Part shown: positions 24,069-28,240 of the stretch, piece after piece
How the letters are laid out: the number at the start of each line of letters is the position of its first letter
How positions within the stretch are numbered: the first letter of the stretch is position 1
Assembly (NCBI GenBank): GCA_043822785.1
Contig: JBDRBN010000027.1
Coordinates: 1-28,240, forward strand
Direction: 5' to 3'
DNA from: Pseudomonadota bacterium
Lineage (GTDB): Bacteria; UBA10199; 2-02-FULL-44-16; JAAZCA01
DNA length: 28,240 nucleotides
Program-made: the position numbers and the translations under genes
The notes under the pieces: generated by a model
The model's input: the letters and a program-made list of their open reading frames with translations, nothing else
Told to the model about the DNA's origin: nothing
Databases searched by the model: none

Positions 24069-25013
24069 ATGAAAACAAAGGTAGCGGTGCTCTATACGAT
24101 CATGTGCCTCATTTGGGGGTCCACCTGGCTGGCGATGAAGATCGGCCTTGAGGACCTTCCTCCGTTTTTGTTTGCAGGCGTGCGGTTTGCAATTGCTTTT
24201 GTCATCTTGGGGTTTGTCCTCAAAGCACAAGGATTTTCGCTAAAACTTCAAAAAAATGAGATTTGGCCCATATTGATCCTGGGCGTGTTTATGATAGCCC
24301 TCCCCTATGGTTTAGTATTTTGGGGACAGCAATATACCAATTCAGCCATGGGCGCGACTCTCATGTGCACGCTGCCTCTACTTATATTTCCAATTTCCTA
24401 TCTGATGAAAAGCGATGAGGAGTTAAATCTCTCAAAACTTTTGGGAGTGGTCATAGGCCTAAGCGGCGTTTTCGTCATCTTCTATCCCAAACTAACCGGT
24501 GGTGGCACAAGCCTTAAAGGCGATTTGGCTATATTTGCGAGCGTATTCATATATTCATTTACGACCGTATATTTGAAAAAGTATGCTGCCCACATCTCTA
24601 TAAAAAAATGTGTGTTCTACCAATTGTTGGTCGGGGCGCCGCTGCTTATCATCTTTGGCCTTCTGGTTGAATCTCCCCACAGATTTATAGATGGGCTTAT
24701 GCATTGGAAGGCCCTTGTCGCGCTGCTCTATCTGGCTGTGTTTGGATCGTTGGTAACATTTCTCATCTATTACTGGTTGATAAGAAGGATTGGGGCAGTT
24801 GCATCTGCATCTGCAATCTTCATAGAGGTGGGCTTGGCAGTGTTTCTGGATTGGGCAGTGATGTCTGTGATTCCACATGCATATACTTGGGTAGGTATGG
24901 CCTTTATCTTCTTAGGCGTATGGTTGGTTGTGGTGTATGGCAAAGCAATAAAAACCCCAGGTGTCTTTGAGGATGTAAGCCCTGCGCTAATTGACGCTGA
25001 CACTAGGGTGTAA
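24069..25013 (+). CDS. EamA/DMT-family transporter
   Basis: IWGSTW..K.GL..PP....RF N-terminal motif, ~10 hydrophobic segments, LYLAVFGS. Confidence 0.9.
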   Translation: MKTKVAVLYTIMCLIWGSTWLAMKIGLEDLPPFLFAGVRFAIAFVILGFVLKAQGFSLKLQKNEIWPILILGVFMIALPYGLVFWGQQYTNSAMGATLMCTLPLLIFPISYLMKSDEELNLSKLLGVVIGLSGVFVIFYPKLTGGGTSLKGDLAIFASVFIYSFTTVYLKKYAAHISIKKCVFYQLLVGAPLLIIFGLLVESPHRFIDGLMHWKALVALLYLAVFGSLVTFLIYYWLIRRIGAVASASAIFIEVGLAVFLDWAVMSVIPHAYTWVGMAFIFLGVWLVVVYGKAIKTPGVFEDVSPALIDADTRV

Positions 25014-26292
25014 GCCTGGTGATCAACCTGGGAAACGGTATTGTTTCGCGGATGTGGCGAACGCCGCAGATCCAGCCCACTAATCTCTCAAGACCATAGC
25101 CGAAACCTGCATGCGGAACTGAACCGTACTTTCTTAGATCAAGATACCACTCAAACGCTTTCCTTGGCAGCTCAAATTCCTTAAGGCGCTTGATTAGAGT
25201 ATCGTAATCATCTTCACGCTGGCTGCCTCCTATGATCTCGCCAAAACCCTCTGGTGCGAGAAGATCAGAGCAAAGCGAGAGATTTTCGTTTTCAGGACAG
25301 CGCTTCATGTAGAATGCCTTCACCTTTGAAGGATATTTTTCTACAAAGACCGGCTTGTCCTCATCTTTTGTGAGCAAGGTTTCATCATCTGCACCAAGGT
25401 CGTCGTCTTCCTTTATATCGCTTCCCATAGAACGAAGCTTTTTCACTGCCTCGGCGTGCGTGATGCGCGGGAATGGAGGACATGTCTTTGAGAGCTTCTC
25501 CATATCCCTCTCAAGGATGTTAAGCTCGTAGAAATTTCTTTCGATAGCACGTTTTACGATATGTGAGATGAGCTGTTCTTGAATTTCCATGCTGCCGTTA
25601 TGATCGCAATAAGCCATCTCAGCATCCATCATCCAAAACTCGGTGAGGTGCCTGCGCGTCTTGCTCTTTTCAGCGCGAAACACCGGGCCAAAGTCAAACA
25701 CCCTGTTGTGGCTCATGATGGCAGCTTCTAAGTAGAGCTGGCCTGACTGAGAAAGATATGCTCTGCCCAGATCAAAGTACTCCACTTCAAATAGGGTCGA
25801 GGTGCCTTCGCATGCTGCAGGTGTTAGGATAGGGGAGTCGATCTTTATAAAGGCGTTGTCGTTTAGCCACTCATACGTTGCGTTGATAACTGTATTGCGC
25901 ACCCGCTGTATTGCCCATTGTTTGCTGGAGCGCAGCCACAAATGGCGGTTATCCAAAAGAAAGTCCGGACCGTGTTCCTTTTTACCTATGGGATAGTCAG
26001 GGCAGACCTGAACTATTTCAATTCCTGTGACCTGAAGTTCAAACTCATCTCGCTTAGGATGTTTTGAAGCTTTGCCCTTTAGGATGGCTGATGTCTCGAT
26101 GGTTATTTTGTGCGCATCTTCCCAAACCTTATCGCTTACATCAGGCTTATGCACTATTCCCTGAATGTGGCCAGACCCATCTCTTATTTGCAAAAATGTG
26201 ATCTTGCCTGATGAGCGCGCGTTATAAACCCAACCTTTTATCGTGACTTCATGCTCAACATGCTTAGCTACGTCTTTTATAAAAATTTCCAT
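25003..26292 (-). CDS. asnS: Asparagine--tRNA ligase
   Basis: OB fold (GWV..R..GK..F..RDGSG), RHLWLRS, LSQSGQLYLE, FRAEKSKTRRHLTEFWM, GEIIGGSQRE, WYLDLRKYGSVPHAGFG.GLER. Confidence 0.95.
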   Translation of the reverse strand: MEIFIKDVAKHVEHEVTIKGWVYNARSSGKITFLQIRDGSGHIQGIVHKPDVSDKVWEDAHKITIETSAILKGKASKHPKRDEFELQVTGIEIVQVCPDYPIGKKEHGPDFLLDNRHLWLRSSKQWAIQRVRNTVINATYEWLNDNAFIKIDSPILTPAACEGTSTLFEVEYFDLGRAYLSQSGQLYLEAAIMSHNRVFDFGPVFRAEKSKTRRHLTEFWMMDAEMAYCDHNGSMEIQEQLISHIVKRAIERNFYELNILERDMEKLSKTCPPFPRITHAEAVKKLRSMGSDIKEDDDLGADDETLLTKDEDKPVFVEKYPSKVKAFYMKRCPENENLSLCSDLLAPEGFGEIIGGSQREDDYDTLIKRLKEFELPRKAFEWYLDLRKYGSVPHAGFGYGLERLVGWICGVRHIRETIPFPRLITRLTP

Positions 26293-26312
26293 TTAAGTGC
26301 TCCATATCTGGG

Positions 26313-26398
26313 TGTCATTGCGAGGAGCATTAAGCGACGAAGCAATCTCCTGCAAGCACTGTTCTTAAGGGGATTGCTTCGCTACGCTCGCAATGACA
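26313..26398 (+). repeat. Complete REP/REPIN-like palindromic element (copy 4)
   Basis: TGTCATTGCGAG...CGAAGCAATCTCC-spacer-GGGGATTGCTTCG-ctacg-CTCGCAATGACA; both outer and inner arms are complementary. Confidence 0.92.
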
Positions 26399-26409
26399 TC
26401 CATCAGCGC

Positions 26410-27273
26410 CTAACCTACCATTTCCTTCACAAATTCTTGCAATTCCTCTGGTCCCAGATGCCAGTTGTAATATATATTTGCCTTAAGAAAACCCATTACA
26501 TCGCCTGTGTCAAACTGCCTGCCTTCGTACTCGTATGCTACCATCTTGCCTGCTTTTGCAAGAGCGTTCATGGCATCAGCTAGTTGAATCTCGCCACCTT
26601 TGCCAGGTTGAGTGGTCTCGAGGAGTTCAAAGACCTCTGGAGTAAACAAATATCTGCCTACGACAGATAGGTCTGATGGCGCTTCATCAGCCGACGGCTT
26701 CTCCACTACCCTGCGCGCCCAGTGCATGCGGCCGTCTGAGCGCTCGATATCATAGATGCCGTACAGATGGATTTGATCGCGCGGCGTATGCTCTGTGGCA
26801 GAAACTGAACAGCCCGCTTTTGCATATGCGTCCATTAGCTGACGACAACAAGGAGCTTTGCTGGTTATGAGCACATCAGGAAGTATAATGATAAAAGGAT
26901 CATTACCCACATCAGCTGCTGCACACAACACAGCGTGTCCCAGGCCCTTTGGCTCCTCCTGATACACCGTGCGTATGCGCACCTTTGATGTCAGGGCCTT
27001 TAGACCTTTAATCATATCGCCCTTGCCCTGGGCTTCTAGTTCGCGCATGTAGGCTGTATCATTGCTGAAAAAATCAATTATCTGGGTTTTAATAGGGGAT
27101 GTGACAAGAATGATCTCTTCTATGCCGGACTCTACTGCTTCCTCTATTACCATCAGAAGCGTTGGTTTAGTGCCGATGGGCAAGAGTTCCTTAGCCACTG
27201 TTTTTGTAACCGGCAAAAAGCGCGTGCCCAAGCCACCAGCGGGTATGACTGCCTTTTTTACCGGTTTTGTCAT
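26410..27273 (-). CDS. galU: UTP--glucose-1-phosphate uridylyltransferase
   Basis: KAVIPAGGLGTRFLP.TK...KE.LP, QEEPKGLGHAV, VEKP, GRY, GEIQLADA and FDTG. GGAGG RBS. Confidence 0.93.
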   Translation of the reverse strand: MTKPVKKAVIPAGGLGTRFLPVTKTVAKELLPIGTKPTLLMVIEEAVESGIEEIILVTSPIKTQIIDFFSNDTAYMRELEAQGKGDMIKGLKALTSKVRIRTVYQEEPKGLGHAVLCAAADVGNDPFIIILPDVLITSKAPCCRQLMDAYAKAGCSVSATEHTPRDQIHLYGIYDIERSDGRMHWARRVVEKPSADEAPSDLSVVGRYLFTPEVFELLETTQPGKGGEIQLADAMNALAKAGKMVAYEYEGRQFDTGDVMGFLKANIYYNWHLGPEELQEFVKEMVG

Positions 27274-27313
27274 ATTACCTCCTGAATTTGCCGGAGGCTA
27301 GCAATGCAGGGTT

Positions 27314-28108
27314 TTAGTGTAAAGGGTGTTTTAAAGAGGGTATGCAGTAGGGCTTTTGGCTGGCCTCATCAAATCCAACGCCTACCGATATCCCAAAGGC
27401 TTGGTAGAGGTTTGTTGTGGTTATCACTTGTTTTGGAGTGCCCTCGGCTGCGATCTTGCCGTCTTTGAGAAACACGATCTTATCGCAAAATGCTGCGGCC
27501 AGGTTGATATCGTGCATGACTGTGCATACAGCAAGGCCTTGAGTGTTTGCCAGCTCTTTTAGACGCCGCGCAAGTTCTGTGGAATGGCGGATATCCAAAA
27601 AGCTCATGGGTTCATCCAAAAGCAAAACTTCAGGTTTTTGGGCCAGCGCCCGGGCAACAATCACGCGTCTGCGCTCGCCGCCTGATAACGATCTGATGTC
27701 CCTATGTGTGAGATGCTCGCAATCGGTCGCTTTCATGGCATCCATTGCGATTTCAATATCTATTCGCGATTCAAATCCAAACCGTGGCAGGTACGGCGCG
27801 CGACCCATGAGCACTATCTCAAGCGCTGTGAATGGAAATGGTATGTGCGACTCCTGCGTTACAGATGCAACACAGCGCGCCCTCTGTGATGATGAATAGG
27901 AATGAAGCGGCTTATCCTTTAAAAACACACAACCATCAGAAGGCATAAGCGCACCTGACATCACGTTAACGAGCGTGGACTTACCTGCACCATTGGGGCC
28001 AAGTATGCCTGTCACGCAACCCTTGTGGATTTCTATGGTTACTCCTTGAAGAACGGGAGTGGTGCCATAGGAGAAGGCGATATCGTGAGTTTTAAGTATA
28101 GTAGTCAT
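27314..28108 (-). CDS. Heme/iron-siderophore/cobalamin ABC transporter ATP-binding subunit (HmuV/FepC-like)
   Basis: GPNGAGKST, FPFTALEIVLMGR.P, LSGGE, ARALAQ, LLLDEP and HDINLAA. Start set to ATG 28108 because the ORF-track start lies in a heptamer array. Confidence 0.88.
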   Translation of the reverse strand: MTTILKTHDIAFSYGTTPVLQGVTIEIHKGCVTGILGPNGAGKSTLVNVMSGALMPSDGCVFLKDKPLHSYSSSQRARCVASVTQESHIPFPFTALEIVLMGRAPYLPRFGFESRIDIEIAMDAMKATDCEHLTHRDIRSLSGGERRRVIVARALAQKPEVLLLDEPMSFLDIRHSTELARRLKELANTQGLAVCTVMHDINLAAAFCDKIVFLKDGKIAAEGTPKQVITTTNLYQAFGISVGVGFDEASQKPYCIPSLKHPLH

Positions 28109-28115
28109 TGGTTTT

Positions 28116-28142
28116 AATCCAATTTCCAATTTCTAATTTCCA
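28116..28142 (+). repeat. Heptamer array AATTTC(C/T)
   Basis: aatcc aatttcc aatttct aatttcc a; same family as 3848-3931. Confidence 0.8.
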
Positions 28143-28177
28143 CTGCTGTCGCGTTAGAACTGCTTGTTTTTCATGGA

Positions 28178-28240
28178 TGTCATTGCGAGCAAAGCGAAGC
28201 AATCCCCTTATAACCTGTGTTTGCGGGAGATTGCTTCGTC
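28178..28240 (+). repeat. REP/REPIN-like element (copy 5), truncated by window end
   Basis: TGTCATTGCGAG-caaagc-GAAGCAATCCCC-spacer-GGAGATTGCTTCG. Confidence 0.88.

Overview
Bacterial chromosomal window, probably from a deltaproteobacterium-like organism (inferred only from gene content such as the kinase-bEBP fusion). It is mostly housekeeping genes: priA, elbB, rlmH, polX, an NDP-forming acyl-CoA synthetase, a CoA-transferase-GNAT fusion, nth, a ferredoxin, an RluA-family synthase, asnS, galU and a heme/iron ABC ATPase. Four things stand out. (1) A self-contained sigma54 module: a ~1660-aa Ser/Thr kinase-NTPase-TPR-GAF-bEBP fusion sits divergent from a lipoprotein gene with a perfect -24/-12 promoter, a perfect IHF site and a palindromic candidate enhancer. 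(2) The 5' end of a group IIB intron lies on the minus strand at the left edge (GTGCG start, GNRA-capped IC1 stem with AAGC bulge). (3) Two sigma28-like GCCGATAA promoters occur: one ahead of a ~60-nt C-rich candidate sRNA, one ahead of an uncharacterised vWA + HEAT-repeat gene pair. (4) Many intergenic gaps hold non-coding repeats: five co-oriented TGTCATTGCGAG REP/REPIN-like elements and three families of 7-mer/9-mer tandem arrays, often juxtaposed. No rRNA, tRNA, CRISPR array or transposase was recognised. All calls come from reading the sequence and ORF track; no database searches were run.
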